Positions 15,001 to 30,000 of a stretch of 64,000 nucleotides of DNA are shown here, one piece after another. The stretch is from Eledone cirrhosa (Eukaryota). Where the stretch lies: positions 32,798,001 through 32,862,000 of the forward strand of contig OZ024760.1 in the NCBI GenBank assembly GCA_964016885.1, written 5' to 3'. Position 1 is the first letter of the stretch. Every line of letters begins with the position of its first letter. A program made the position numbers and the translations under genes. The notes below the pieces were generated by a model. The model worked only from the letters and a program-made list of their open reading frames with translations, was not told the origin of the DNA and searched no databases.

Positions 15001-18000
15001 ACCCTGTACAGTGGTTGTGTAGGTCTGAAGACAGAAAGCACCCAGTCCACCCTGTACAGTGGTTGTGTAGCTCTCAAGACAGAAAGCACCCAGTCCACCC
15101 TGTACAGTGGTTGTGTAGGTCTCAAGACAGAAATCACCCAGTCCACCATGTACAGTGGTTGTGTAGGTCTCAAGACAGAAAGCACCCAGTCCACCCTGTA
15201 CAGTGGTTGTGTAGATCTCAAGACAGAAAGCACCCAGTCCACCCTGTACAGTGGTTGTGTAGGTCTCAAGTCAGAAAGCGCCCAGTCCACCCTGTACAGT
15301 GTTTGTGTAGGTCTCAAGACAGAAAGCACCCAGTCCAACCTGTACAGTGGTTGTGTAGGTGTCAAGTTGAAAGCACCCAGTCCACCCTGTACAGTGGTTG
15401 TGTAGTTGACAAGATAGAAAGCACCCAGTCCACCCTGTACAGTGTTTGTGTAGGTCTCAAGACAGAAAGCACCCAGTCCACACTGTACAGTGGTTGTGTA
15501 GGTCTCAAGACAGAAAGCACCCAGTCCACACTGTACAGTGGTTGTGTAGGTCTCAAGACAGAAAGCACCCAGTCCACACTGTACAGTGGTTGTGTAGGTC
15601 TCAAGACAGAAAGCACCCAGTCCAACCTGTACAGTGGTTGTGTAGGTCTCAAGACAGGAAGCGCCCATTCGACATTGTGCAGTGGTTGTGTAGGTCTCAA
15701 GACAGAAAGCACCCAGTCCACCCTGTATAGTGGTTGTGTAGGTCTCAAGACAGAAAGCGCCCAGTCTACATTGTACAGTGGTTGTGTAGGTCTCAAGACA
15801 GAAATCACCCAGTCTACACTGTACAGTGGTTGTGTAGGTCTCAAGACAGAAAGCGCCCAGTCCACATTGTACAGTGGTTGTGTAGGTCTCAAGTCAGAAA
15901 GCACCCAGTCCACCCTGTACAGTGGTTGTGTATGTTTCAAGATAGAAAGCGCGCAGTCACCCTGTACAGTGGTTGTGTAGGTCTCAAGTCAGAAAGCACC
16001 CAGTCCACCCTGTACTGTGGTTGTGTAGGTCTCAAGACAGAAAGCACCCAGTCCAACCTGTACAGTGGTTGTGTAGGTCTCAAGACAGAAAGCGCCCAGT
16101 CCACATTCTACAGTGGTTGTGTAGGTCTCAAGACAGAAAGCACCCAGTCCACCCTGTACAGTGGTTGTGTAGGTCTCAAGACAGAAAGCGCCTACTCCAC
16201 ATTGTACAGTGGTTGTGTATGTCTCAAGACAGAAATCACCCAGTCCACACTCTACAGTGGTTGTGTAGGTCTCAAGTCAGAAAGCACCCAGTCCACCATG
16301 TACAGTGGTTGTGTAGGTTTCAAGATAGAAAGCGCCCAGTCCACCCTGTACAGTGGTCGTGTAGGTCTCAAGTCAGAAAGCACTCAGTCCACCCTGTACA
16401 GTGGTTGTGTAGGTCTCAAGTCAGAAAGCACCCAGTCCACCTTGTACAGTGATTGCGTAGGTCTCAAGACAGATAGCACCCAGTCCACCCTGTACAGTGG
16501 TTGTGTAGGTCTCAAGTCAGAAAGCACCCAGTCCACCCTGTACAGTGGTTGTGTAGGTCTCAAGACAGAAAGCACCCAGTCCACCCTGTAGAGTAGTTGT
16601 GCAGGTCTCAAGATAGAAAGCAGCCAGTCTACACTGCACAGTTGTTGTGTAGGTTTCAAGATAGAAAGCGCCCAGTACTCCCTGTACAGTGGTTGTGTAG
16701 GTCTCAAGACAGAAAGCACCCAGTCCCCCCTGTACAGTGGTTGTGTAGGACTCAAGACAGAAAGCACCCAGTCCACCCTGTACAGTGGTTGTGTCGGTCT
16801 CAAGACAGAAAGCACCCGGTCCACACTGTACAGTGGTTGTGTAGGTCTCAAGACAGAAATCACCCAGTCCACCCTGTACAGTGGTTGTGCAGGTCTCAAG
16901 ACAGAAAGCACCCAGTCCACACTGTACATTGGTTGTGTAGGTCTCAAGACAGAAAGCACCCAGTCCACCATGTACAGTGGTTGTGTAGGTCTCAAGACAG
17001 AAAGCACCCATTCCACACTGTACAGTTGTTGTGTAGGTTTCAAGATAGAAAGCGCCCAGTCCACCCTGTACAGTGGTTATGTAGATCTCAAGTCAGAAAG
17101 CACCCAGTCCACCCTGTACAGTGTTTGTGTAGGTCTCAAGACAGAAAGCACCCAGTCCACCCTGTACAGTGGTTGTGTAGGTCTCAAGACAGAAAGCACC
17201 CAGTCCACCCTGTACAGTGGTTGTGCAGGTCTCAAGATAGAAAGCACCCAGTACTCCCTGTACAGTGGTTGTGTAGGTCTCGAGACAGAAAGCACCCAGT
17301 CCACCCTGTACAGTGGTTGTGTAGGACTGAAGACAGAAAGCACCCAGTTCTCCCTGTACAGTGGTTGTGTAGGTCTCAAGACAGAAAGCACCCAGTACTC
17401 ACTGTACAGTGGTTGTGCATGTCTCAAGTCAGAAATCACCCAGTCCACCCTGTACAGTGGTTGTGTAGGTCTCAAGACAGAAAGCACCCAGTCCACCCTG
17501 TACAGTGGTTGTGTAGGTCTCAAGACAGAAATCACCCAGTCCACACTGTACAGTGGTTGTGTAGGTCTCAAGACAGAAAGCACCCAGTCCACCCTGTACA
17601 GTGGTTGTGTAGGTCTCAAGACAGAAAGTGCCCAGTCCACCCTGTACAGTGGTTGTGTAGGTCTCAAGACAGAAATCACCCAGTTCACCCTGTACAGTGG
17701 TTGTGTAGGTCTCAAGAGAGAAAGCACCCAGTCCTCCCTGTACAGTGGTTGTGTAGGTCTCAAGACAGAAATCACCCAGTCCACCCTGTACAGTGGTTGT
17801 GTAGGTCTCAAGACAGAAAGCACCCAGTCCACCCTGTACAGCGGTTGTGTAGGTCTCAAGACAGAAAGAACCGAGTCCACACTGTACAGTGGTTGTGTAG
17901 GTCTCAAGACAGAAAGCACCCAGTCCTCCCTGTACAGTGGTTGTGTAGGTCTCAAGACAGAAAGCACCCGGTCCACACTGTACAGTGGTTGTGTAGGTCT

Positions 18001-21000
18001 CAAGACAGAAAGCACCCAGTCCACCCTGTACAGTGGTTGTGTAGGTCTCAAGGCAGAATGCACCTTGTCCAACCTGTACAGTGGTTGTGTAGGTCTCAAG
18101 ACAAATCACCCAGTCCACCATGTACAGTGGCTGTGTAGGTCTCAAGACAGAAAGCACCGGTCCACACTGTACAGTGGTTGTGTAGGTCTCAAGACAGAAA
18201 GCACCCAATCCACCCTGTACAGTGGTTGTGTAGGTCTCAAGACAGAAATCACACAGTCCACCCTGCACAGTGGTTGTGTAGGTCTCAAGACAGAAAGCAC
18301 CCAGTCCACCCTGTACAGTGGTTGTGGAGGTGTCAAGACAGAAAGCACCCAGTCCACAGTGTACAGTGGTTGTGTAGGTCTCTAGACAGAAAGCACCCAG
18401 TCCACACTGTACAGTTGTTGTGTAGGTTTCAAGATAGAAAGCGCCCAGTCCACCCACCCTGTACAGTGGTTGTGTAGGTCTCAAGTCAGAAAGCACCCAG
18501 TCCACCCTGTACAGTGTTTGTGTAGGTCTCAAGACAGAAAGCACCCAGTCCACCCTGTACAGTGGTTGTGTAGGTCTCAAGACAGAAAGCACCCAGTCCA
18601 CCCTGTACAGTGGTTGTGCAGGTCTCAAGATAGAAAGCACCCAGTACTCCCTGTACAGTGGTTGTGTAGGTCTCGAGACAGAAAGCACCCAGTCCACCCT
18701 GTGCAGTGGTTGTGTAGGACTGAAGACAGAAAGCACCCAGTTCTCCCTGTACAGTGGTTGTGTAGGTCTCAAGACAGAAAGCACCCAGTACTCACTGTAC
18801 AGTGGTTGTGCATGTCTCAAGTCAGAAATCACCCAGTCCACCCTGTACAGTGGTTGTGTAGGTCTCAAGACAGAAAGCACCCAGTCCACCCTGTACAGTG
18901 GTTGTGTAGGTCTCAAGACAGAAAGTGCCCAGTCCACCCTGTACAGTGGTTGTGTAGGTCTCAAGACAGAAAGCACCCAGTCCACCCTGTACAGTGGTTG
19001 TGTAGGTCTCAAGACAAAAAGTGCCCAGTCCACCCTGTACAGTGGTTGTGTAGGTCTCAAGACAGAAATCACCCAGTTCACCCTGTACAGTGGTTGTGTA
19101 GGTCTCAAGAGAGAAAGCACCCAGTCCTCCCTGTACAGTGGTTGTGTAGGTCTCAAGACAGAAATCACCCAGTCCACCCTGTACAGTGGTTTTGTATGTC
19201 TCAAGACAGAGAGTGCCCAATCCACCCTGTTCAGTGTTTGTGTAGGTCTCAAGACAGAAAGCATACAGTCCACCATGTACATTGGTTGTGTAGGTCTCAA
19301 GACAGAAATCACCCATTCCACCCTGTACAGTGGTTGTGTAGGTCTCAAGACAGAAATCACCCTGTCCACCCTGTACAGTGGTTGGCAGGTCTCAAGAGAG
19401 AAAGCACCCACTTCTCCCTGTACAGTTGTTGTGTAGGTCTCAAGACAGAAAGCAGCCAGTACTCACTGTACAGTGGTTGTGTAGGTCTCAAGACAGGAAG
19501 CACACAGTCCACACTGTACAGTGGTTGTGTAGGTCTCAAGACAGAAAGCACCCAGTCCACACTGTACAGTGGTTGTGTAGGTCTCAAGACAGGAAGCACA
19601 CAGTCCTCCCTGTACAGTGGTTGTGTAGGTCTTAAGACAGAAAGCACCCAGTCCACACTGTACAGTGGTTGTGTAGGTCTCAAGACAGAAAGCACCCAGT
19701 CCACGCTGTACAGTGGTTGTGTAGGTCTTAAGTCAGAAAGCACCTAGTCCCCCCTGTACAGTGGTAGTGTAGGTCTCAAGTCAGAAAGCACCCAGTCCAC
19801 CCTGTACAGTGGTTGTGTAGGTCTCAAGACAGAAATCACCCAGTCCACCATGTACAGTGGTTGTGTAGGTCTCAAGACAGAAAGCACCCAGTCCACCCTG
19901 TACAGTGGTTGTGTAGGTCTCAAGACAGAAAGAACCCAGTCCACACTGTACAGTGGTTGTGTAGGTTTCAAGACAGAAAGCACCCAGTCCACACTGTACA
20001 GTGGTTGTGTAGGTCTCAAGACAGAAAGCACCCAGTCCATCCTGTACAGTGGTTATGTAGGTCTCAAGACATAAAATGCCCAGGCCACCCTGTACAGTGG
20101 TTGTGTAGGTCTCAAGACAGAAATCACCCAGTCCACCCTGTACAGTGGTTGTGTAGGTCTCAAGACAGAAAGCACCCAGTCCTCCCTGTACAGTGGTTGT
20201 GTAGGTCTCAAGAAAGAAATCACCCAGTTCACCCTGTAGAGTGGTTGTGTAGGTCTCAAGACAGAAAGCACCCAGGCCACCCTGTACAGTGGTTGTGTAG
20301 GTCTCAAGACAGAAAGAACCCAGTCCACACTGTACAGTGGTTGTGTAGGTCTCAAGACCGAAAGCACCCAGTCCTCCCTGTACAGTGGCTGTGTAGGTCT
20401 CAAGACAGAAAGCACCCAGTCCACCCTGTACAGTGGTTGTGTGGGTCTCAAGACAGAAAGCACCCAGTCCACACGGTACAGTGGTTGTGTAGGTCTCAAG
20501 ACAGAAAGCACCCAGTCCTCCCTGTACAGTGGTTGTGTAGGTCTCAAGACAGAAAGCACCCAGTCCACCCTGTACAGTGGTTGTGTAGGTCTCAAGACAG
20601 AAAGCACCCAGTACTCCCTGTACAGTTGTTGTGTAGGTCTCAAGACAGAAAGCACCCAGTACTCCCTGTACAGTGGTTGTGTAGGTCTCAAGACAGAAAG
20701 GAACCAGTACTCACTGTACAGTGGTTCTGCAGGTCTCAAGTCAGAAATCACCCAGTCCACCCTGTACAGTGGTTGTGTAGGTCTCAAGACAAAAAGCAGC
20801 CGTTCCACACTGTACAGTGTTTGTATAGGTCTCAAGACAGAAAATAGCCAGTCCACCCTGTACAGTGGTTGTGTAGGTCTGAAGACAGAAAGCACCCAGT
20901 CCACCCTGTACAGTGGTTGTGTAGCTCTCAAGACAGAAAGCACCCAGTCCACCCTGTACAGTGGTTGTGTAGGTCTCAAGACAGAAATCAACCAGTCCAC

Positions 21001-24000
21001 CATGTACAGTGGTTGTGTAGGTCTCAAGACAGAAAGCACCCAGTCCACCCTGTACAGTGGTTGTGTAGGTCTCAAGACAGAAAGCACCCAGTCCACCCTG
21101 TACAGTGGTTGTGTAGGTCTCAAGTCAGAAAGCGCCCAGTCCACCCTGTACAGTGTTTGTGTAGGTCTCAAGACAGAAAGCACCCAGTCCAACCTGTACA
21201 GTGGTTGTGTAGGTGTCAAGATAGAAAGCACCCAGTCCACCCTGTACAGTGGTTGTGTAGGTGACAAGATAGAAAGCACCCAGTCCACCCTGTACAGTGG
21301 TTGTGTAGGTCTCAAGACAGAAAGCACCCAGTCCAACCTGTACAGTGGTTGTGTAGGTCTCAAGACAGAAAGCGCCCATTCGACATTGTACAGTGGTTGT
21401 GTAGGTCTCAAGACAGAAAGCACCCAGTCCACCCTGTATAGTGGTTGTGTAGGTCTCAAGACAGAAAGCACCCAGTCCACACTGTACAGTGGTTGTGTAG
21501 GTCTCAAGACAGAAAGCACCCAGTCCACACTGTACAGTGGTTGTGTAGGTCTCAAGACAGAAAACACCCAGTCCAACCTGTACAGTGGTTGTGTAGGTCT
21601 CAAGACAGAAAGCGCCCATTCGACATTGTACAGTGGTTGTGTAGGTCTCAAGACAGAAAGCACCCAGTCCACCCTGTATAGTGGTTGTGTAGGTCTCAAG
21701 ACAGAAAGCGCCCAGTCTACATTGTACAGTGGTTGTGTAGGTCTCAAGACAGAAATCACCCAGTCCACACTGTACAGTGGTTGTGTAGGTCTCAAGACAG
21801 AAAGCGCCCAGTCCACATTGTACAGTGGTTGTGTAGGTCTCAAGTCAGAAAGCACCCAGTCCACCCTGTACAGTGGTTGTGTATGTTTCAAGATAGAAAG
21901 CGCGCAGTCACCCTGTACAGTGGTTGTGTAGGTCTCAAGTCAGAAAGCACCCAGTCCACCCTGTACAGTGGTTGTGTAGGTCTCAAGACAGAAAGCACCC
22001 AGTCCAACCTGTACAGTGGTTGTGTAGGTCTCAAGACAGAAAGCACTCAGTCCACACTGTACAGTGGTTGTGTAGGTCTCAAGACAGGAAGCACACAGTC
22101 CTCCGTGTACAGTGGTTGTGTAGGTCTTAAGACAGAAAGCACCCAGTCCACACTGTACAGTGGTTGTGTAGGTCTCAAGACAGAAAGCACCCAGTCCACG
22201 CTGTACAGTGGTTGTGTAGGTCTCAAGTCAGAAAGCACCTAGTCCCCCCTGTACAGTGGTAGTGTAGGTCTCAAGTCAGAAAGCACCCAGTCCACCCTGT
22301 ACAGTGGTTGTGTAGGTCTCAAGACAGAAATCACCCAGTCCACCATGTACAGTGGTTGTGTAGGTCTCAAGACAGAAAGCACCCAGTCCACACTGTACAG
22401 TGGTTGTGTAGGTCTCAAGACAGAAAGCACCCAGTCCATCCTGTACAGTGGTTATGTAGGTCTCAAGACATAAAGTGCCCAGGCCACCCTGTACAGTGGT
22501 TGTGTAGGTCTCAAGACAGAAATCACCCAGTCCACCCTGTACAGTGGTTGTGTAGGTCTCAAGACAGAAAGCACCCAGTCCTCCCTGTACAGTGGTTGTG
22601 TAGGTCTCAAGACAGAAATCACCCAGTTCACCCTGTAGAGTGGTTGTGTAGGTCTCAAGACAGAAAGCACCCAGGCCACCCTGTACAGTGGTTGTGTAGG
22701 TCTCAAGACAGAAAGAACCCAGTCCACACTGTACAGTGGTTGTGTAGGTCTCAAGACCGAAAGCACCCAGTCCTCCCTGTACAGTGGCTGTGTAGGTCTC
22801 AAGACAGAAAGCACCCAGTCCACCCTGTACAGTGGTTGTGTGGGTCTCAAGACAGAAAGAAACCAGTCCACACGGTACAGTGGTTGTGTAGCTCTCAAGA
22901 CAGAAAGCACCCAGTCCTCCCTGTACAGTGGTTGTGTAGGTCTCAAGACAGAAAGCACCCAGTCCACCCTGTACAGTGGTTGTGTAGGTCTCAAGACAGA
23001 AAGCACCCAGTCCACCCTGTACAGTGGCTGTGTTTGTCTCAAGACAGAAAGCATGCAGTCCACCATGTACATTGGTTGTGTAGGTCTCAAGACAGAAAGC
23101 ACCCAGTCCACACTGTACAGTAGTTGTGTAGGTCTCAAGACAGAAAGCACCCAGTCCACCCTGTACAGTGGTTGTGTAGGTCTCAAGACAGAAAGCACCC
23201 AGTCCAACCTGTACAGTGGTTGTGTAGGACTGAAGACAGAAAGCACCCAGTTCTCCCTGTACAGTGGTTGTGTAGGTCTCAAGACAGAAAGCACCCAGTA
23301 CTCACTGTACAGTGGTTGTGCATGTCTCAAGTCAGAAATCACCCAGTCCACCCTGTACAGTGGTTGTGTAGGTCTCAAGACAGAAAGCACCCAGTCCACC
23401 CTGTACAGTGGTTGTGTAGGTCTCAAGACAGAAAGAAACCAGTCCACACTGTACAGTGGTTGTGTAGGTCTCAAGACAGAAAGCACCCAGTCCACCCTGT
23501 ACAGTGGTTGTGTAGGTCTCAAGACAGAAATCACACAGTCCACCCTGTACAGTGGTTGTGTAGGTCTCAAGACAGAAATCACCCAGTTCACCCTGTACAG
23601 TGGTTGTGTAGGTCTCAAGAGAGAAAGCACCCAGTCCTCCCTGTACAGTGGTTGTGTAGGTCTCAAGACAGAAATCACCCAGTCCACCCTGTACAGTGGT
23701 TGTGTAGGTCTCAAGACAGAAAGCACCCAGTCCACCCTGTACAGCGGTTGTGTAGGTCTCAAGACAGAAAGAACCGAGTCCACACTGTACAGTGGTTGTG
23801 TAGGTCTCAAGACAGAAAGCACCCAGTCCTCCCTGTACAGTGGTTGTGTAGGTCTCAAGACAGAAAGCACCCGGTCCACACTGTACAGTGGTTGTGTAGG
23901 TCTCAAGACAGAAAGCACCCAGTCCACCCTGTACAGTGGTTGTGTAGGTCTCAAGGCAGAATGCACCTTGTCCAACCTGTACAGTGGCTGTGTAGGTCTC

Positions 24001-27000
24001 AAGACAGAAAGCACCCGGTCCACACTGTACAGTGGTTGTGTAGGTCTCAAGACAGAAAGCACCCAATCCACCCTGTACAGTGGTTGTGTAGGTCTCAAGA
24101 CAGAAATCACACAGTCCACCCTGCACAGTGGTTGTGTAGGTCTCAAGACAGAAAGCAGGCAGTCCACCCTGTACAGTGGTTGTGTAGGTGTCAAGACAGA
24201 AAGCACCCAGTCCACAGTGTACAGTGGTTGTGTAGGTCTCTAGACAGAAAGCACCCAGTCCATCCTGTACAGTGGTTGTGTAGGTCTCAAGACAGAAACC
24301 ACCCAGTCCACCCTGTACAGTGGTTTTGTATGTCTCAAGACAGAGAGTGCCCAATCCACCCTGTTCAGTGTTTGTGTAGGTCTCAAGACAGAAAGCATAC
24401 AGTCCACCATGTACATTGGTTGTGTAGGTCTCAAGACAGAAATCACCCATTCCACTCTGTACAGTGGTTGTGTAGGTCTCAAGACAGAAATCACCCTGTC
24501 CACCCTGTACAGTGGTTGGCAGGTCTCAAGAGAGAAAGCACCCACTTCTCCCTGTACAGTTGTTGTGTAGGTCTCAAGACAGAAAGCAGCCAGTACTCAC
24601 TGTACAGTGGTTGTGTAGGTCTCAAGACAGGAAGCACACAGTCCACACTGTACAGTGGTTGTGTAGGTCTCAAGACAGAAAGCACCCAGTCCACACTGTA
24701 CAGTGGTTGTGTAGGTCTCAAGACAGGAAGCACACAATCCTCCCTGTACAGTGGTTGTGTAGGTCTTAAGACAGAAAGCACCCAGTCCACACTGTACAGT
24801 GGTTGTGTAGGTCTCAAGACAGAAAGCACCCAGTCCACGCTGTACAGTGGTTGTGTAGGTCTCAAGACAGAAATCACCCAGTCCACCATGTACAGTGGTT
24901 GTGTAGGTCTCAAGACAGAAAGCACCCAGTCCACCCTGTACAGTGGTTGTGTAGGTCTCAAGACAGAAAGAACCCAGTCCACCCTGTACAGTGGTTGTGT
25001 AGGTCTCAAGACAGGAAGCACACAGTCCTCCCTGTACAGTGGTTGTGTAGGTCTTAAGACAGAAAGCACCCAGTCCACACTGTACAGTGGTTGTGTAGGT
25101 CTCAAGACAGAAAGCACCCAGTCCACCCTGTACAGTGGTTGTGTAGGTCTCAAGTCAGAAAGCACCTAGTCCCCCCTGTACAGTGGTAGTGTAGGTCTCA
25201 AGTCAGAAAGCACCCAGTCCACCCTGTACAGTGGTTGTGTAGGTCTCAAGACAGAAATCACCCAGTCCACCATGTACAGTGGTTGTGTAGGTCTCAAGAC
25301 AGAAAGCACCCAGTCCACCCTGTACAGTGGTTGTGTAGGTCTCAAGACAGAAAGAACCCAGTCCACCCTGTACAGTGGTTGTGTAGGTCTCAAGACAGAA
25401 AGCACCCAGTCCACACTGTACAGTGGTTGTGTAGGTCTCAAGTCAGAAAGCACCTAGTCCCCCCTGTACAGTGGTAGTGTAGGTCTCAAGTCAGAAAGCA
25501 CCCAGTCCACCCTGTACAGTGGTTGTGTAGGTCTCAAGACAGAAATCACCCAGTCCACCATGTACAGTGGTTGTGTAGGTCTCAAGACAGAAAGCACCCA
25601 GTCCACCCTGTACAGTGGTTGTGTAGGTCTCAAGACAGAAAGAACCCAGTCCACACTGTACAGTGGTTGTGTAGGTCTCAAGACAGAAAGCACCCAGTCC
25701 ACACTGTACAGTGGTTGTGTAGGTCTCAAGTCAGAAAGCACCTAGTCCCCCCTGTACAGTGGTAGTGTAGGTCTCAAGTCAGAAAGCACCCAGTCCACCC
25801 TGTACAGTGGTTGTGTAGGTCTCAAGACAGAAATCACCCAGTCCACCATGTACAGTGGTTGTGTAGGTCTCAAGACAGAAAGCACCCAGTCCACCCTGTA
25901 CAGTGGTTGTGTAGGTCTCAAGACAGAAAGAACCCAGTCCACCCTGTACAGTGGTTGTGTAGGTCTCAAGACAGGAAGCACACAGTCCTCCCTGTACAGT
26001 GGTTGTGTAGGTCTCAAGACAGAAAGCACCCAGTCCACCTTGTACAGTGGTTGTGTAGGTCTCAAGACAGAAATCACCCAGTCCACCCTGTACAGTGGTT
26101 GTGTAGGTCTTAAGACAGAAAGCACCCAGTCCACACTGTACAGTGGTTGTGTAGGTCTCAAGACAGAAAGCACCCAGTCCACCCTGTACAGTGGTTGTGT
26201 AGGTCTCAAGACAGAAAGTGCCCAGTCCACCCTGTACAGTGGTTGTGTAGGTCTCAAGACAGGAAGCACACAGTCCACCCTGTACAGTGGTTGTGTAGGT
26301 CTCAAGACAGAAAGCACCCAGTCCACCTTGTACAGTGGTTGTGTAGGTCTCAAGACAGAAATCACCCAGTCCACCCTGTACAGTGGTTGTGTAGGTCTTA
26401 AGACAGAAAGCACCCAGTCCACACTGTACAGTGGTTGTGTAGGTCTCAAGACAGAAAGCACCCAGTCCACCCTGTACAGTGGTTGTGTAGGTCTCAAGAC
26501 AGAAAGTGCCCAGTCCACCCTGTACAGTGGTTGTGTAGGTCTCAAGACAGAAATCACCCAGTTCACCCTGTACAGTGGTTGTGTAGGTCTCAAGAGAGAA
26601 AGCACCCAGTCCTCCCTGTACAGTGGTTGTGTAGGTCTCAAGACAGAAATCACCCAGTCCACCCTGTACAGTGGTTGTGTAGGTCTCAAGACAGAAAGCA
26701 CCCAGTCCACCCTGTACAGCGGTTGTGTAGGTCTCAAGACAGAAAGAACCGAGTCCACACTGTACAGTGGTTGTGTAGGTCTCAAGACAGAAAGCACCCA
26801 GTCCTCCCTGTACAGTGGTTGTGTAGGTCTCAAGACAGAAAGCACCCGGTCCACACTGTACAGTGGTTGTGTAGGTCTCAAGACAGAAAGCACCCAGTCC
26901 ACCCTGTACAGTGGTTGTGTAGGTCTCAAGGCAGAATGCACCTTGTCCAACCTGTACAGTGGCTGTGTAGGTCTCAAGACAGAAAGCACCCGGTCCACAC

Positions 27001-30000
27001 TGTACAGTGGTTGTGTAGGTCTCAAGACAGAAAGCACCCAATCCACCCTGTACAGTGGTTGTGTAGGTCTCAAGACAGAAATCACACAGTCCACCCTGCA
27101 CAGTGGTTGTGTAGGTCTCAAGACAGAAAGCAGGCAGTCCACCCTGTACAGTGGTTGTGTAGGTGTCAAGACAGAAAGCACCCAGTCCACAGTGTACAGT
27201 GGTTGTGTAGGTCTCTAGACAGAAAGCACCCAGTCCATCCTGTACAGTGGTTTTGTATGTCTCAAGACAGAGAGTGCCCAATCCACCCTGTTCAGTGTTT
27301 GTGTAGGTCTCAAGACAGAAAGCATACAGTCCACCATGTACATTGGTTGTGTAGGTCTCAAGACAGAAATCACCCATTCCACCCTGTACAGTGGTTGTGT
27401 AGGTCTCAAGACAGAAATCACCCTGTCCACCCTGTACAGTGGTTGGCAGGTCTCAAAGAGAAAGCACCCACTTCTCCCTGTACAGTTGTTGTGTAGGTCT
27501 CAAGACAGAAAGCAGCCAGTACTCACTGTACAGTGGTTGTGTAGGTCTCAAGACAGGAAGCACACAGTCCACACTGTACAGTGGTTGTGTAGGTCTCAAG
27601 ACAGAAAGCACCCAGTCCACACTGTACAGTGGTTGTGTAGGTCTCAAGACAGGAAGCACACAGTCCTCCCTGTACAGTGGTTGTGTAGGTCTTAAGACAG
27701 AAAGCACCCAGTCCACACTGTACAGTGGTTGTGTAGGTCTCAAGACAGAAAGAACCCAGTCCACCCTGTACAGTGGTTGTGTAGGTCTCAAGACAGAAAG
27801 CACCCAGTCCACCCTGTACAGTGGTTGTGTAGGTCTCAAGACAGAAAGAACCCAGTCCACACTGTACAGTGGTTGTGTAGGTCTCAAGACAGAAAGCACC
27901 CAGTCCACACTGTACAGTGGTTGTGTAGGTCTCAAGTCAGAAAGCACCTAGTCCCCCCTGTACAGTGGTAGTGTAGGTCTCAAGTCAGAAAGCACCCAGT
28001 CCACCCTGTACAGTGGTTGTGTAGGTCTCAAGACAGAAATCACCCAGTCCACCATGTACAGTGGTTGTGTAGGTCTCAAGACAGAAAGCACCCAGTCCAC
28101 CCTGTACAGTGGTTGTGTAGGTCTCAAGACAGAAAGAACCCAGTCCACCCTGTACAGTGGTTGTGTAGGTCTCAAGACAGGAAGCACACAGTCCTCCCTG
28201 TACAGTGGTTGTGTAGGTCTCAAGACAGAAAGCACCCAGTCCACCTTGTACAGTGGTTGTGTAGGTCTCAAGACAGAAATCACCCAGTCCACCCTGTACA
28301 GTGGTTGTGTAGGTCTTAAGACAGAAAGCACCCAGTCCACACTGTACAGTGGTTGTGTAGGTCTCAAGACAGAAAGCACCCAGTCCACCCTGTACAGTGG
28401 TTGTGTAGGTCTCAAGACAGAAAGTGCCCAGTCCACCCTGTACAGTGGTTGTGTAGGTCTCAAGACAGGAAGCACACAGTCCACCCTGTACAGTGGTTGT
28501 GTAGGTCTCAAGACAGAAAGCACCCAGTCCACCTTGTACAGTGGTTGTGTAGGTCTCAAGACAGAAATCACCCAGTCCACCCTGTACAGTGGTTGTGTAG
28601 GTCTTAAGACAGAAAGCACCCAGTCCACACTGTACAGTGGTTGTGTAGGTCTCAAGACAGAAAGCACCCAGTCCACCCTGTACAGTGGTTGTGTAGGTCT
28701 CAAGACAGAAAGTGCCCAGTCCACCCTGTACAGTGGTTGTGTAGGTCTCAAGACAGAAATCACCCAGTTCACCCTGTACAGTGGTTGTGTAGGTCTCAAG
28801 AGAGAAAGCACCCAGTCCTCCCTGTACAGTGGTTGTGTAGGTCTCAAGACAGAAATCACCCAGTCCACCCTGTACAGTGGTTGTGTAGGTCTCAAGACAG
28901 AAAGCACCCAGTCCACCCTGTACAGCGGTTGTGTAGGTCTCAAGACAGAAAGAACCGAGTCCACACTGTACAGTGGTTGTGTAGGTCTCAAGACAGAAAG
29001 CACCCAGTCCTCCCTGTACAGTGGTTGTGTAGGTCTCAAGACAGAAAGCACCCGGTCCACACTGTACAGTGGTTGTGTAGGTCTCAAGACAGAAAGCACC
29101 CAGTCCACCCTGTACAGTGGTTGTGTAGGTCTCAAGGCAGAATGCACCTTGTCCAACCTGTACAGTGGCTGTGTAGGTCTCAAGACAGAAAGCACCCGGT
29201 CCACACTGTACAGTGGTTGTGTAGGTCTCAAGACAGAAAGCACCCAATCCACCCTGTACAGTGGTTGTGTAGGTCTCAAGACAGAAATCACACAGTCCAC
29301 CCTGCACAGTGGTTGTGTAGGTCTCAAGACAGAAAGCAGGCAGTCCACCCTGTACAGTGGTTGTGTAGGTGTCAAGACAGAAAGCACCCAGTCCACAGTG
29401 TACAGTGGTTGTGTAGGTCTCTAGACAGAAAGCACCCAGTCCATCCTGTACAGTGGTTTTGTATGTCTCAAGACAGAGAGTGCCCAATCCACCCTGTTCA
29501 GTGTTTGTGTAGGTCTCAAGACAGAAAGCATACAGTCCACCATGTACATTGGTTGTGTAGGTCTCAAGACAGAAATCACCCATTCCACCCTGTACAGTGG
29601 TTGTGTAGGTCTCAAGACAGAAATCACCCTGTCCACCCTGTACAGTGGTTGGCAGGTCTCAAAGAGAAAGCACCCACTTCTCCCTGTACAGTTGTTGTGT
29701 AGGTCTCAAGACAGAAAGCAGCCAGTACTCACTGTACAGTGGTTGTGTAGGTCTCAAGACAGGAAGCACACAGTCCACACTGTACAGTGGTTGTGTAGGT
29801 CTCAAGACAGAAAGCACCCAGTCCACACTGTACAGTGGTTGTGTAGGTCTCAAGACAGGAAGCACACAGTCCTCCCTGTACAGTGGTTGTGTAGGTCTTA
29901 AGACAGAAAGCACCCAATCCACACTGTACAGTGGTTGTGTAGGTCTCAAGACAGAAAGCACCCAGTCCACGCTGTACAGTGGTTGTGTAGGTCTCAAGTC

